From: Porphyromonadaceae bacterium UBA7332
Lineage (GTDB): Bacteria; Bacteroidota; Bacteroidia; Bacteroidales; UBA7332
DNA length: 64,000 nucleotides
Assembly: GCA_002471225.1 (NCBI GenBank)
Contig: DKPO01000017.1
Coordinates: forward strand, 21,216-85,215
Direction of reading: 5' to 3'
Part shown: piece after piece, positions 20,077-29,892 of the stretch
How the letters are laid out: the number at the start of each line of letters is the position of its first letter
Position numbering within the stretch: the stretch's first letter is position 1
Translations under genes and position numbers: made by a program
The notes under the pieces: model-generated
Database searches by the model: none
Seen by the model: only the letters and a program-made list of their open reading frames with translations
What the model was told of the DNA's origin: nothing

Positions 20077-20541
20077 TTAGTTTTTGCTAATAGCCGAGTA
20101 GTTGATTTTAAGTGCTTGTGCTTCACGCAATGCTTGCTTAATATCAACGATCACACCCATTTTAGTTTCAGCATCTACTTTCATAGATACAGTCATCAAT
20201 GGTTGATCTTCTTCTTTCATACTTTGACGCTCTTGTGCAATGTAATCTTGAATTTCGCTCACTTCAGCGAATTTATCGTTCAACTGAATACGAGTTTCAC
20301 TACCCATTTTTTTACGGAACTCTGCCGTTGGTTTCCCAGCGTAAATGAAGGTAACCAATGATTTTTTCTCCAACTTCTGAAGTTCTGTAGCGTGCGGAAG
20401 TTTAAATTGAACTTTCAATGTAACCTCACGCATTGTTGTTACGATCATAAAGAAGAAAAGAAGCGTAAAAATCAAATCGGGTAATGAAGAAGTATTCAAA
20501 GCTGGCATCTCGCGACCGCCTGATTTAGTGAATTTTCCCAT
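20077..20541 (-). CDS. exbD: biopolymer transporter ExbD/TolR family
   Basis: 154 aa. N-terminal LNTSSLPDLIFTLLFFFMIV is the typical ExbD TM segment, followed by a periplasmic domain. Confidence 0.85.
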   Translation of the reverse strand: MGKFTKSGGREMPALNTSSLPDLIFTLLFFFMIVTTMREVTLKVQFKLPHATELQKLEKKSLVTFIYAGKPTAEFRKKMGSETRIQLNDKFAEVSEIQDYIAQERQSMKEEDQPLMTVSMKVDAETKMGVIVDIKQALREAQALKINYSAISKN

Positions 20542-21131
20542 TATTTTTTCCCTCCATAGTTTTTAGGTTCCGCTTCAGAAATCATCTGAGGATAGATAGT
20601 AGCAACTGCTTTACGCTGAGCTTCATCTAACTCGTCAAATGTTTTACCGAATTTTCTTTTTGAAATTTCATTACGAATTTCGTTATATGCTGCAACAAGT
20701 TCATTTTGAACTTCGATGTATGCCTGGTATTCTGTACCGCGGTCATTTTGTAGAGAGATAACGTGTTTTTTGCTCACTTTCATAGGACCAAAGAACTCTA
20801 CATCTACAACTTCACGTTCCGGTAAGTTCGGATCATCGTTTTCATTTTTGATGAACTCAATTGCCTTTTTACGCAATTCGCCCAACTGCATCGGAGCACC
20901 ATTAACCATTAACTGATTGTTAGAGTTAATAAGAACTACCAAGATGTTACGTTCGTTCATTTCAACATCCTTTTTCTCTTGATCTTTTGGTACAGGAGGA
21001 GGTAGACGACGAGCCAAACCTTTATCTGTATCCATAGATGTTGTAATCAAGAAAAAGATAAGTAGCAAGAACGCGATATCGGCAGTTGAACTGGCGTTAA
21101 TTTCAGGTACTTTTTTCTTTTTTCTTGCCAT
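20541..21131 (-). CDS. exbD: biopolymer transporter ExbD/TolR family (second copy)
   Basis: 196 aa. [25 protein letters not shown] segment; overlaps the downstream exbD by 1 nt. Confidence 0.85.
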   Translation of the reverse strand: MARKKKKVPEINASSTADIAFLLLIFFLITTSMDTDKGLARRLPPPVPKDQEKKDVEMNERNILVVLINSNNQLMVNGAPMQLGELRKKAIEFIKNENDDPNLPEREVVDVEFFGPMKVSKKHVISLQNDRGTEYQAYIEVQNELVAAYNEIRNEISKRKFGKTFDELDEAQRKAVATIYPQMISEAEPKNYGGKK

Positions 21132-21175
21132 GTTGTTTTTTATTTATCAATTCGGGAGACATGCTCCCGAATTAT

Positions 21176-21637
21176 TTATTTTTTAATCAACTTAGATACG
21201 TTTGAGAAAAGAACAAGAATGATAGCAACTCCGATCATAAAGTATGTAGAGTAAAGCATCATATCTGCAATTTTCAATGTTCCCGGAACATTATCTAATC
21301 CATCGTATCCTGGCAAGTGAAGCGGAGTTCCGTCACCAATAGCATAAGCGCCACCAAGCACGGCAGCAAACAGAGCAATATTGATAACTGTACTCATTGC
21401 TTTTTTAGGAGTCTCTTTAACTGACATTCCAAACTGGAAGATTGCAAAACCAAAAGTTGCAACGATACCTACACCGATAAGGATATAGCCCCAGTTCAAT
21501 AATAATTCTGTATTCTTTGGTTCCAGAACTTCTGCGTTCGGATCAACATACCCGCCACCATAGTACAATCCTAAGACAACTACAGTAACTGCAAGCATTC
21601 CATAAAGAATCCAGTGTGCAATTTTACTGATTGACAT
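21176..21637 (-). CDS. hypothetical 4-TM membrane protein inside the exbB-exbD operon
   Basis: 153 aa with four hydrophobic segments and no recognisable motif. Spacing to exbB upstream is tight (8 nt). Confidence 0.6.
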   Translation of the reverse strand: MSISKIAHWILYGMLAVTVVVLGLYYGGGYVDPNAEVLEPKNTELLLNWGYILIGVGIVATFGFAIFQFGMSVKETPKKAMSTVINIALFAAVLGGAYAIGDGTPLHLPGYDGLDNVPGTLKIADMMLYSTYFMIGVAIILVLFSNVSKLIKK

Positions 21638-21645
21638 AGTCTAGA

Positions 21646-22446
21646 TTATTTTTTGTATTTAAGATTGTATTTGATAACAAGGTCAAGAAGAGAGATAGAA
21701 GAATCTTCCATATCGTTCAAGATGCTCTCAACTTTAGCAAGGATGTAGTTGTAGAATAATTGAAGAATCAAAGCTACGATCAAACCACCGATTGTTGTAA
21801 TCAAGGCTACTTTCATACCACCTGCAACAACTGTTGGAGAGATATCACCTACTTGTTGGATTTTGTCAAACGCTTCAACCATACCGATTACTGTACCCAA
21901 GAAACCTAGAGATGGAGCCATCGCGATGAATAGAGTGATCCAAGAAAGACCTTTTTCCAAAAGACCAGCTTGAACACCACCATAAGAGATAACTGATTTC
22001 TCAACTACGTCGATACCGTAATCCATTCTCATCAAACCTTGGTAGAAGATAGATGCAACTGGACCTCTAGTGTTACGACAAACAGTTTTAGCAGCTTCAA
22101 CATCTCCTTTTTCAAGAGCAGATTCAACGCCAGCTAAAAGTTTTTTAGTGTTAACCTCAGCAAGGTTCAAATAAATAATTCTTTCAATGATGAAAGCCAT
22201 ACCAAAGATAAGAGCGATCATTACGATAGACATAAAGAATGCGTTACCTTCGATAAATTTAGTTTTTAATGCTTTGTGAAGACCTCCTTCAACATCAACT
22301 GGAATCTCAGCTGCTTCTTCTACAGCTGCAGTTTGTTGAGCTACTTGTTCAGTTTGAGCAGGAGCTGCTTCTTGAGCGACAACGAATTGAGTTGTTCCCA
22401 TCATAAGGAAACCAGACATTGCTAGAATTGCAAATAACTTTTTCAT
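21646..22446 (-). CDS. exbB: MotA/TolQ/ExbB proton-channel family protein
   Basis: Signal peptide plus an A/Q/E-rich linker, then an ExbB core with LGFLGTVIGMVEAF and GGMKVALITTIGGLIVA. Confidence 0.9.
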   Translation of the reverse strand: MKKLFAILAMSGFLMMGTTQFVVAQEAAPAQTEQVAQQTAAVEEAAEIPVDVEGGLHKALKTKFIEGNAFFMSIVMIALIFGMAFIIERIIYLNLAEVNTKKLLAGVESALEKGDVEAAKTVCRNTRGPVASIFYQGLMRMDYGIDVVEKSVISYGGVQAGLLEKGLSWITLFIAMAPSLGFLGTVIGMVEAFDKIQQVGDISPTVVAGGMKVALITTIGGLIVALILQLFYNYILAKVESILNDMEDSSISLLDLVIKYNLKYKK

Positions 22447-22533
22447 CGTTCTTTAATTTTAGGTTTGTTTTATTGGTTTGTTACTATTTTAATTAATTTC
22501 TGCTTTATATCTGTCTTAAAATAACAGATTTGC

Positions 22534-22621
22534 GGAGTGAGGGGGATTCGAACCCCCGAAACGCTTTTGGCGTTTACACGCTTTCCAGGCGTGCCTCTTC
22601 AACCACTCGAGCACCACTCCC
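22534..22621 (-). tRNA. tRNA-Ser (anticodon GGA)
   Basis: Minus-strand sequence GGAGTGGTGCTCGAGTGGTTGAAGAGGCACGCCTGGAAAGCGTGTAAACGCCAAAAGCGTTTCGGGGGTTCGAATCCCCCTCACTCCG. It has a 7-bp acceptor stem, anticodon stem CACGC/GCGTG with loop CTGGAAA, a long variable arm AACGC/GCGTT and T-arm GGGGG-TTCGAAT-CCCCC. CCA is not encoded. Confidence 0.92.
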
Positions 22622-22787
22622 TTTAAATTTGAGCGGAAAAGTATAAATTTTATTTTATAAATCGCATACGATTCCGCCACAAATGTAAATAAATTTCTTT
22701 CTAATCTTACTTTCGATGTAAATCTTTTATTCCCGAAAATGAAAAAAACTGAACTTTTTTTACTGTCAAGTATGCTTTTTTGTTAGT

Positions 22788-23570
22788 TTATTTACATTTT
22801 CGAAATGCATTGCTTGCATTTTGAGTTGTTATCGCTCCGATTTCGTCAATTTCTGTATTATATACTTCTGCTAACTGTTTAGCGATTATCGGTATATATG
22901 AAGGATGATTTCTTTTTCCGCGATAGGGAACAGGGGTAAGATAAGGTGCGTCTGTTTCAAGTACAATCCTTTCTAATGGTACACTTTTAAGTGTCTCACG
23001 TAAGGTCGTATTTTTGAATGTGACTACTCCGTTTATCCCCAGGTAAAAATCGCCTGCTTCAAGAATTCGCTTTGCGTCATCTGAGTTGCCTCCGAAACTG
23101 TGAAAAATACCACGTAAACCGTTGAATTTAGTCACGATTTCCAGGGTCTCATCCAGAGAATCCCGAGTGTGTATAACAACCGGCTTGTCAGACTCTATGG
23201 CCCATTGGAGCTGAATTTTGAAAGCTTTTTGTTGCTCTGCTATCAGTTCTTTACTCCAATAAAGGTCAATTCCAATCTCACCTATTGCGCAATAATCGTA
23301 TTGATGCAGATGTGTGTGGATGATATCTAACTGTTTTTGATAGTCTTTTTCAACACTTGTCGGATGTAAGCCCATCATAATTTCGAAATAATCCGGATAT
23401 TTACTTTGGAGTTGATGCATAGGTTCTATGCTTTCCAAATCTACATTCGGTAGATAAATCTTATCAATTCCGGCATTTTTAGCATCGCGAATTACATCAT
23501 CAATATCTTCGATATAATCGTTCTGATATATATGTGAATGTGTATCAACAAATTTAATCATTTTGTTCAA
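22788..23570 (-). CDS. TatD family hydrolase
   Basis: FVDTHSHIY, GEIGIDLYW, VVIHTRD, GIFHSF and LETDAPYL motifs; 260 aa. Confidence 0.9.
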   Translation of the reverse strand: MNKMIKFVDTHSHIYQNDYIEDIDDVIRDAKNAGIDKIYLPNVDLESIEPMHQLQSKYPDYFEIMMGLHPTSVEKDYQKQLDIIHTHLHQYDYCAIGEIGIDLYWSKELIAEQQKAFKIQLQWAIESDKPVVIHTRDSLDETLEIVTKFNGLRGIFHSFGGNSDDAKRILEAGDFYLGINGVVTFKNTTLRETLKSVPLERIVLETDAPYLTPVPYRGKRNHPSYIPIIAKQLAEVYNTEIDEIGAITTQNASNAFRKCK

Positions 23571-23571
23571 T

Positions 23572-24549
23572 TTAGAACTCTCTGTACATTAATTTTTCTG
23601 CTAAATTCAATAACGGAGCTGTTTTTTCTGTTTCAAGACCTAATTTCTTAAGATAATTCAGGGCTTCGTTATAATATTCTGTCATTAAAGTTTCTGCAAT
23701 TTGCTTAACTCCAATCTGGTTGTATATCTCCGTAACAGCTTTAATTTTGACATCACGATCAAAATCAACGGATTTAATCCATGTGTTCAGAGCTTCTTTT
23801 TGATGAGCATTTGCATGGTGCAGAGCTTGTATCAGGAGATATGTTTTTTTGTTGCTGACAATATCACCACCGATATTTTTCCCAAATTTTGATACATCTC
23901 CATAAACATCAAGTAAATCATCTTTTAGTTGGAATGCCAGTCCGATCAGTTCTCCAAACTTGTATATGGCTTCTTGTTGATTTTCATCTGCACCGCCAAT
24001 AATAGCCCCTGTTTTTAAGGCACAACCTAATAATACGGCTGTTTTCAGACGGATCATTTCAAGATATTCAGAAGCAGTAACATCTGATCTGGTCTCGAAC
24101 TCCATATCGAATTGTTGCCCTTCGCATACTTCTAAAGCCGTTTGTGAGAATACCTGAAGAACAAGAGGTAGTTTGTCCGGGTTTGTTTTTGACAGATGTT
24201 GATATGCAACAATGAGCATGGCATCACCTGAAAGAATAGCTGAATTTTCGTTCCATTTTTTATGGACAGTTGGTTTTCCTCTACGTATTTCGGCGTGGTC
24301 CATAACATCGTCATGTAAAAGTGTGAAGTTATGGAATATTTCGATTGCGAGTGCGGCTGAAATAGCTTGTTCGTTTGTCCCGCCGAACATTAAATTTGAC
24401 ATTAAAGTTAATACGGGTCTGATTCTTTTTCCGCCTAAATCCAGAGTATAGCTGATTGGATCATAAAGATTCTTTGCAGATGATTCAAATTCTAAGTCCG
24501 ATATTTTTCTATTAACTTCTGAAAGAAGTGTTTCAAATTGCGTATTCAT
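23572..24549 (-). CDS. polyprenyl diphosphate synthase family protein
   Basis: First and second aspartate-rich motifs LLHDDVMD and QLKDDLLD, plus GKRIRP. The start was moved to the ATG at 24549 (MNTQFETLL) because the track start is a TTG inside the upstream terminator region. Confidence 0.9.
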   Translation of the reverse strand: MNTQFETLLSEVNRKISDLEFESSAKNLYDPISYTLDLGGKRIRPVLTLMSNLMFGGTNEQAISAALAIEIFHNFTLLHDDVMDHAEIRRGKPTVHKKWNENSAILSGDAMLIVAYQHLSKTNPDKLPLVLQVFSQTALEVCEGQQFDMEFETRSDVTASEYLEMIRLKTAVLLGCALKTGAIIGGADENQQEAIYKFGELIGLAFQLKDDLLDVYGDVSKFGKNIGGDIVSNKKTYLLIQALHHANAHQKEALNTWIKSVDFDRDVKIKAVTEIYNQIGVKQIAETLMTEYYNEALNYLKKLGLETEKTAPLLNLAEKLMYREF

Positions 24550-24573
24550 ATTTCTTGGGGTTGGGTACAAATA

Positions 24574-24605
24574 AAAAGAGGCTACACAAATGGTAGCCTC
24601 TTTTT
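24574..24605 (-). terminator. intrinsic terminator after tonB
   Basis: AAAAAGAGGCTAC...GTAGCCTCTTTTT hairpin. Confidence 0.75.
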
Positions 24606-24617
24606 ATAATAAATTTT

Positions 24618-25307
24618 TTATTGTAGTCTGAAGTTAATCGGAAGTGTGTATTTAACACGTACCGCTTTACCGCGTTGCATTCCGGGTGTCCATGCAGGCA
24701 TGGTGTTAATAACTCGGATAGCCTCTTTATCTAGAGACGGGTCAACTCCTCTTACTACTACAGGGTCTACTACTTTACCGTCCTTGTTTACAGTGAACGA
24801 GCAGATAACACGACCTTGAATACCGTTTTCTTGTGCAATTACCGGATATTTTACTGCTTTAGCAATAAATTTAAGAAGTTCACTTTCTCCACCCGGGAAT
24901 TGAGGCATTTTTTCAACAACTGTAAAGATTTGGTGTTCTGTCGGGTCTTCTTCCTCAACAACAGGAGGAGCAAACACGATTTCTACCTTTTTGTCTTTAT
25001 CATCCTCAGTTGATTGAATTTCAACATTCTCAACTTTAGTGTCGTTGTCAACGATTGTGATCTCTTCAACAACTACTTCCTGTACCGGAGGTGGGGGAGG
25101 AGGAGGAGTTTCTAATTGCTCGGTAATCGGAATTAACTCTTCTTCAACAAAAATATCAGAAACGCCGTCCATGCTGGCTTTCTTCACATCTTTGTTTGTC
25201 CATTCAAATCCTACGAAAATAACCGCAAGAATGAATACATAACCTAAAAGAACAAATATCAATTTTTTGCTCTCCAGATCAGCTTTGGGTGATTTTTTTA
25301 TTTCCAT
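24618..25307 (-). CDS. tonB: energy transducer TonB
   Basis: N-terminal TM anchor, a proline tract TPPPPPPPVQE, an acidic linker and a C-terminal TonB domain (MPQFPGG...YP..A...GIQGRV...F.V..DG.V). The ATG at 25307 (MEIKKSPK) is preferred. Confidence 0.85.
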   Translation of the reverse strand: MEIKKSPKADLESKKLIFVLLGYVFILAVIFVGFEWTNKDVKKASMDGVSDIFVEEELIPITEQLETPPPPPPPVQEVVVEEITIVDNDTKVENVEIQSTEDDKDKKVEIVFAPPVVEEEDPTEHQIFTVVEKMPQFPGGESELLKFIAKAVKYPVIAQENGIQGRVICSFTVNKDGKVVDPVVVRGVDPSLDKEAIRVINTMPAWTPGMQRGKAVRVKYTLPINFRLQ

Positions 25308-25522
25308 ATTGTTTAGTATTATATTTCTCGGTTCGAATTTGTCGTAAATAACCAATGACTTGGTGCAAATGTAATATTTTTTTTATTGTGCCAATTTCTA
25401 ATCGATTATTTTTTTGGACTTAAGGCGTAAAAAATGGACACGAAAGCTATTTTCTACTTGTATAACAAAGTAAACAGGCTAAAAGGTTCTTACCTGAAAG
25501 CCTATTTAAATTATTAAAACAT

Positions 25523-27616
25523 TTATTCTTTAGAGAAATTATTTAGACCTTCATTTAAAAATTCCAGGAACTTATTTGCATTTGGATCAAATGCGAAATT
25601 TTCATTTGTAAGTACTGTTCCGTCAGGATTCAGGATTACGTAATATGGCTGAGCGTTAGCCTTGAATTTTGTGATTTGAAGTTCCGCATTTTTCTGACTT
25701 AATAACTTTGCTTCACGGCCATTACGGTCTGTAAACCATTCGTCCTTAGGTAACTCAATAGTTCTCTCATCAACATATAATGCAGCAATGATAAAATCAT
25801 CACGAAGCGTTTTAAGAACTTGCGGATCAGACCAAACTTGTTGTTCCATTTTGCGACAGTTCACACAAGCTTTACCTGTGAAATCTAAAAATACCGGTTT
25901 GTTTAGCTTTTTAGCACATGCCAATGCCTGATCATAATCAAAATATCCTTTTAATCCGTGAGGCAACGATAATTTTTCCGCATATTTTGGTTTCTCGCAC
26001 AATTCAAAAGCTGAAGTATTGGTTGATGAAGGAGCTGATACAGATACCTCACGAATAGATTTTTCGATATTGAAATCCTGATTCTTAATACTTGGCATCC
26101 AACCGGAAAGAGCATTAAGCGGAGCACCCCACATCCCAGGGATCATATAGACTACAAAAGTAAATGTTACGATTGATAATAATAATCGGAACCAGCTTTT
26201 AACTACAGGAGAATCGCTGTCGTGAGGGAATCTGATTTTTCCTAATAAATAGAATCCAAGCATCGTGAAAATTACGATCCACGCAGCTAAATAGATTTCA
26301 CGATCTAAAAGTCTCCATCCGTATACTTCATCCGGAGTGTTGATAAACTTAAGCGCAAATGCTAACTCAACAAATGCCAGACATACTTTTACTGAGTTTA
26401 ACCATCCTCCTGATTTAGGTAGCTTATTCATTAGCTTAGGGAAGAATGCAAAGAAAGTAAAAGGAATAGCAAATGCCAGAGAGAATCCGACCATACCAAC
26501 GATAGGACGAATCACTTCTCCTCCTACAGCACTAATTGCTACAGTTCCGGCAATCGGGAGAGTACATGAAAATGAAACTAACACAAGAGTCAGAGCCATA
26601 AAAATAGGACCGATAAAATCGCCTTTATCTTCGTTAGCAACACTTTTATTTACAAGGAATGAAGGTGCCTGAATTTCGAAATAACCAAAAAGTGAAATAG
26701 CAAACACAACGAAGATTCCAGCAAATAAGAAGTTTGGTAACCAATGTGTACTCATTAGATTAGCAAAATTCTCGCCGAAAACCATTGCTAACACAGTTCC
26801 GAATATAGTATAGATTAAAACGATTGAGACACCATAGATTATAGCTTGTAATTTTCCTTTGGATCCACTTTTGATAAAGAACGATACAGTCATTGGAATC
26901 ATTGGGAATACACAAGGCGTTAAAAGACCAACGAAACCTCCTGCAAAAGCAATCCAGAAGAATTTCCATAACGAATCTTCTTTTTCCTGAGTTGGAGCCG
27001 ACGCGTTTGAGTCAGGAGTAACAGTCTCTGTAGTTGTTTCAGTAACTGTTGTCGTATCTACGCCGTCTGTCACAGTGACAGTTTCTGTTTTCACAATTTT
27101 TTCAACAGGAGCTATTGGTTCAACAGGTGCAACAGCCTCTGCTTTCGGAGCTTTATATCCTTTGATTTTTACCGAAATCGGGTTGTCGAAAAAAGGTACA
27201 CAGCTGCCGTCGTTACATACCATATAGGTAAATGATCCGCCAATAGTAAAATCTTTATCTGAAAGAACTTTTATTTTTTGCACGAACACAGCTTTAGTAT
27301 CGAAGTAGGTTACTTCAGCTCCAAATTCCTCCTGGAACTTGGTAATTCCTTTAGGTTCGCCAGGCTTTCCTACTAATTCGAAGTCTTTACTTTTCTCAAA
27401 ACTGAACTCTGTAGGTATAGGTCCATTTTCGACTGCCTTTTGCGAATATAAATGATACCCGGGATCAATAGTTGCTGTAATAGTAATCTCTGCCATATCA
27501 GTATCCCCGATTTGCTTCGATGAAAATGACCATTTTACGGGGTCACTTAGTTGAGCAAACACCATCGTAGAGAACACAAATAATGATAAGAGAGTAGCAA
27601 AAATTTTTCTTTTCAT
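25523..27616 (-). CDS. dsbD: thiol:disulfide interchange protein DsbD family (N-terminal DsbD-alpha-like domain, CcdA-type membrane core, C-terminal thioredoxin fold)
   Basis: 697 aa. Signal peptide, then CNDGSC in the N-domain, a polytopic core with LTPCVFPMIP and FSCTLP motifs, and a C-terminal GKACVNCRKME thioredoxin-like CxxC. Confidence 0.85.
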   Translation of the reverse strand: MKRKIFATLLSLFVFSTMVFAQLSDPVKWSFSSKQIGDTDMAEITITATIDPGYHLYSQKAVENGPIPTEFSFEKSKDFELVGKPGEPKGITKFQEEFGAEVTYFDTKAVFVQKIKVLSDKDFTIGGSFTYMVCNDGSCVPFFDNPISVKIKGYKAPKAEAVAPVEPIAPVEKIVKTETVTVTDGVDTTTVTETTTETVTPDSNASAPTQEKEDSLWKFFWIAFAGGFVGLLTPCVFPMIPMTVSFFIKSGSKGKLQAIIYGVSIVLIYTIFGTVLAMVFGENFANLMSTHWLPNFLFAGIFVVFAISLFGYFEIQAPSFLVNKSVANEDKGDFIGPIFMALTLVLVSFSCTLPIAGTVAISAVGGEVIRPIVGMVGFSLAFAIPFTFFAFFPKLMNKLPKSGGWLNSVKVCLAFVELAFALKFINTPDEVYGWRLLDREIYLAAWIVIFTMLGFYLLGKIRFPHDSDSPVVKSWFRLLLSIVTFTFVVYMIPGMWGAPLNALSGWMPSIKNQDFNIEKSIREVSVSAPSSTNTSAFELCEKPKYAEKLSLPHGLKGYFDYDQALACAKKLNKPVFLDFTGKACVNCRKMEQQVWSDPQVLKTLRDDFIIAALYVDERTIELPKDEWFTDRNGREAKLLSQKNAELQITKFKANAQPYYVILNPDGTVLTNENFAFDPNANKFLEFLNEGLNNFSKE

Positions 27617-28181
27617 TGAACTGTGTATTAAAATTGTGATTTTGTTTATTAATTAGAATGCGAATCTAAGAAAAATAATTCTTAAAATCTTCGTGCATAC
27701 ATCAGTAACCACTATTTTTTATTATTTTAAATTCTATAATCTTTGTTTTTTACTTTTCTCAATCCATTTTGTGTGCGATTGTAAGCTATTTATGTTGATT
27801 CATATAAGTAATATGCCTTTTGAATAATAGATTTAATCTTATTGCTCGTTTGTACTAATAAATAGATGTTTTTCTGCTGAGTTTAGAGTTACGTTATGCA
27901 TGTTTTTGTATTAAGTATTTTTTATCTATAAACAGGGCTTTTAATAGGTGTCGGGATTATATTTTATCATGATTAAGTCTAGATTCCGTCTGTCTTAATA
28001 ATGAAAAGGGACGATAATATTTAATTTTGCATTTTGATAAAATGTATAAATAAAATGTTTCGAATATTTTATTATCACAAAAAACAGTTTAATTTTGGGG
28101 CCGAAGAATCTTTTGATGAAAACAAAACAATAACAGTTTAACTGTATAAGTGAAGATTTTTTATTGTCTTCGATCTTTTCA

Positions 28182-28189
28182 TACATTTG
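28182..28189 (+). promoter_or_regulatory. Bacteroidetes-type -7 promoter box
   Basis: TACATTTG lies 50 nt upstream of the ATG at 28239. Confidence 0.4.
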
Positions 28190-28238
28190 AATTTAATAAA
28201 TAAATCAGTATATCTAAAACACTTTAAAAAAACCAGTC

Positions 28239-29324
28239 ATGAATCCATTATTAGAAATAGCTTTAAAATTTAATATTGAGGGGAATATAGAATCGATTAA
28301 TCCTCTTGGAAGTGGTCTTATCAATGATACTTATTTAGTTAAGACAGAGTCAGAAGAAACACCTGACTATGTTCTTCAACGTGTTAATCATGCTATATTT
28401 AAAGATGTAGAGCTATTACAGAATAATATAAAAGTAGTTACAGAGCAAATTACTCGTAAGTTAACAGAGGCAGGAGAAACAGATATCGAAAGAAAATCTT
28501 TGCAAATTGTTCCTGCTAAAGATGGTAAACTATATTATTATGATGGTGCAAATTACTGGAGAGTAACTGTGATGATTCCTCGTTCACGTACTTTGGAAAC
28601 TATTAATCCGGAATCTTCTTATTTAACAGGTAAGGCTTTTGGTAAATTTCAATCAATGCTTGTTGACATTCCTCAGGGAGCTTTGGGAGAAACTATTCCA
28701 AACTTCCATAACATGGAATCTCGTTTAAAGGATTTCCGTATTGCAGTAAAAGAAAATAAAGCGGAGCGTCTTGATTCTGTACAATGGTTGGTTGATGAAA
28801 TCGAAAAGCGTGCAGATGAAATGTGTAAAGCTGAATCTCTTTATCGTGAAGGTAAGCTGCCTAAACGTATCACGCATTGCGATACAAAAGTAAACAATAT
28901 GCTATTTGATGAGAATGGTGATGTACTTTGTGTTATTGATTTGGATACGGTTATGCCAGGCTTTGTGACTTCAGATTTTGGAGACTTTATTCGTACAGCT
29001 GGTAATACCGGTGCTGAAGATGATCAGAATTTAGAAAATGTAAGTGTAGATATGGATATTTTCCGTTCATTTGCAAAAGGTTATATTGAAGGAGCTCGTT
29101 CTTTCTTGTTACCGATTGAGATCGAAATGTTACCATATGGAGCTAAATTACTTACTTATATGCAAACGGTACGTTTCCTTACAGATTATTTGAATGGAGA
29201 TACCTATTATAAAATTAAATATCCTGAGCATAATCACGTAAGAACAGTTGCTCAGTTTAAATTGCTGAATTCAATTGAAGAGAATGAAGCCGAAATGATT
29301 AAATTCATTAAAGAACAATTGTAA
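28239..29324 (+). CDS. nahK: N-acetylhexosamine 1-kinase-like phosphotransferase (APH/NahK family)
   Basis: 361 aa. The Brenner motif HCDTKVNNMLFD, IDLDTVMPG, and the N-terminal G.GLINDTYLV and C-terminal YLNGDTYYKIKYPEHNHVRTVAQFKL blocks closely resemble my recollection of Bifidobacterium longum NahK ([26 protein letters not shown]). Confidence 0.75.
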   Translation: MNPLLEIALKFNIEGNIESINPLGSGLINDTYLVKTESEETPDYVLQRVNHAIFKDVELLQNNIKVVTEQITRKLTEAGETDIERKSLQIVPAKDGKLYYYDGANYWRVTVMIPRSRTLETINPESSYLTGKAFGKFQSMLVDIPQGALGETIPNFHNMESRLKDFRIAVKENKAERLDSVQWLVDEIEKRADEMCKAESLYREGKLPKRITHCDTKVNNMLFDENGDVLCVIDLDTVMPGFVTSDFGDFIRTAGNTGAEDDQNLENVSVDMDIFRSFAKGYIEGARSFLLPIEIEMLPYGAKLLTYMQTVRFLTDYLNGDTYYKIKYPEHNHVRTVAQFKLLNSIEENEAEMIKFIKEQL

Positions 29325-29345
29325 TTTCTCATTTGTCATAAAAAT

Positions 29346-29390
29346 AAAAGAGCTTGTTTCTGAAATGCAGAAACAAGCTCTTTTATTTTT
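29346..29390. terminator. bidirectional hairpin terminator shared by the convergent nahK-like and gldH-like genes
   Basis: AGAGCTTGTTTCTG-aaatg-CAGAAACAAGCTCT flanked by A and T runs. Confidence 0.75.
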
Positions 29391-29892
29391 GATCCATATC
29401 GACATGGAGTCCGATATCTGAAATGCCATAAAGATATTCATCTGACATTAAATGTCTGATTTTGAATGTTTTCTCAGAGCTGTTTAGCGCTCTGAAATTT
29501 GGGTCAATCGTATCAGTTTGTTGATACAACGTTCCGAATCCCGTACCTATAGGTTTTCCATTTAAGTCATTCAAATGAAGATGAATTGTATCCGTACTTA
29601 TACAAACCGAATCGTTTTCAATTATCTGGAATTCAATCCACAAATCCTGATAGGGATATTTTACATCTTTACGTGTTTCAAGTATGATTGGATATCTTTT
29701 CAGAGAATCTTCGAATTGCCTTTTGAAACAAACCGTATCTTTTCTTCCCCATTGCATTTTATTAAATGTGTGATAATCGAAAAAAATATCTTTGGGTTGG
29801 CAAGCATAGACAAAGCAAATAAAGAGGATGCAAAGCATCCCCTTTATTGAATATAATAGAATATTATTTCTTCTCTCTGTTTTTGTTTTCAT
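29383..29892 (-). CDS. gldH: GldH-like lipoprotein
   Basis: The track ORF 29383..30045 overlaps the PSP1 gene. The internal ATG at 29892 (or 29841) gives ...MLCILFICFVYAC, a lipobox. The body (YHTFNKMQWGRKDTV.F...YPYQDLWIEF...DTIHLHLNDLNGKPIGTGFGTLYQ) matches the GldH pattern, and the position downstream of PSP1 and holB is the conserved Bacteroidetes arrangement. Confidence 0.65.
   Translation of the reverse strand: MKTKTERRNNILLYSIKGMLCILFICFVYACQPKDIFFDYHTFNKMQWGRKDTVCFKRQFEDSLKRYPIILETRKDVKYPYQDLWIEFQIIENDSVCISTDTIHLHLNDLNGKPIGTGFGTLYQQTDTIDPNFRALNSSEKTFKIRHLMSDEYLYGISDIGLHVDMDQK

Noticed and set aside
19941-20361. ORFs of 68 aa (minus) and 98 aa (plus) around the Lrp promoter and the exbD 3' end
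   Set aside because: One lies in the AT-rich promoter spacer and crosses the terminator hairpin at 20030-60. The other is antisense to exbD.
25039-25242. 67-aa plus-strand ORF containing a GGGGGGG run
   Set aside because: It is the antisense reading of the TonB poly-proline tract.
27995-28186. 63-aa minus-strand ORF in the dsbD-nahK spacer
   Set aside because: Its AT-rich spacer composition (K/F/I/Y/N) is unconvincing, it overlaps the candidate nahK promoter box, and no signal supports coding.
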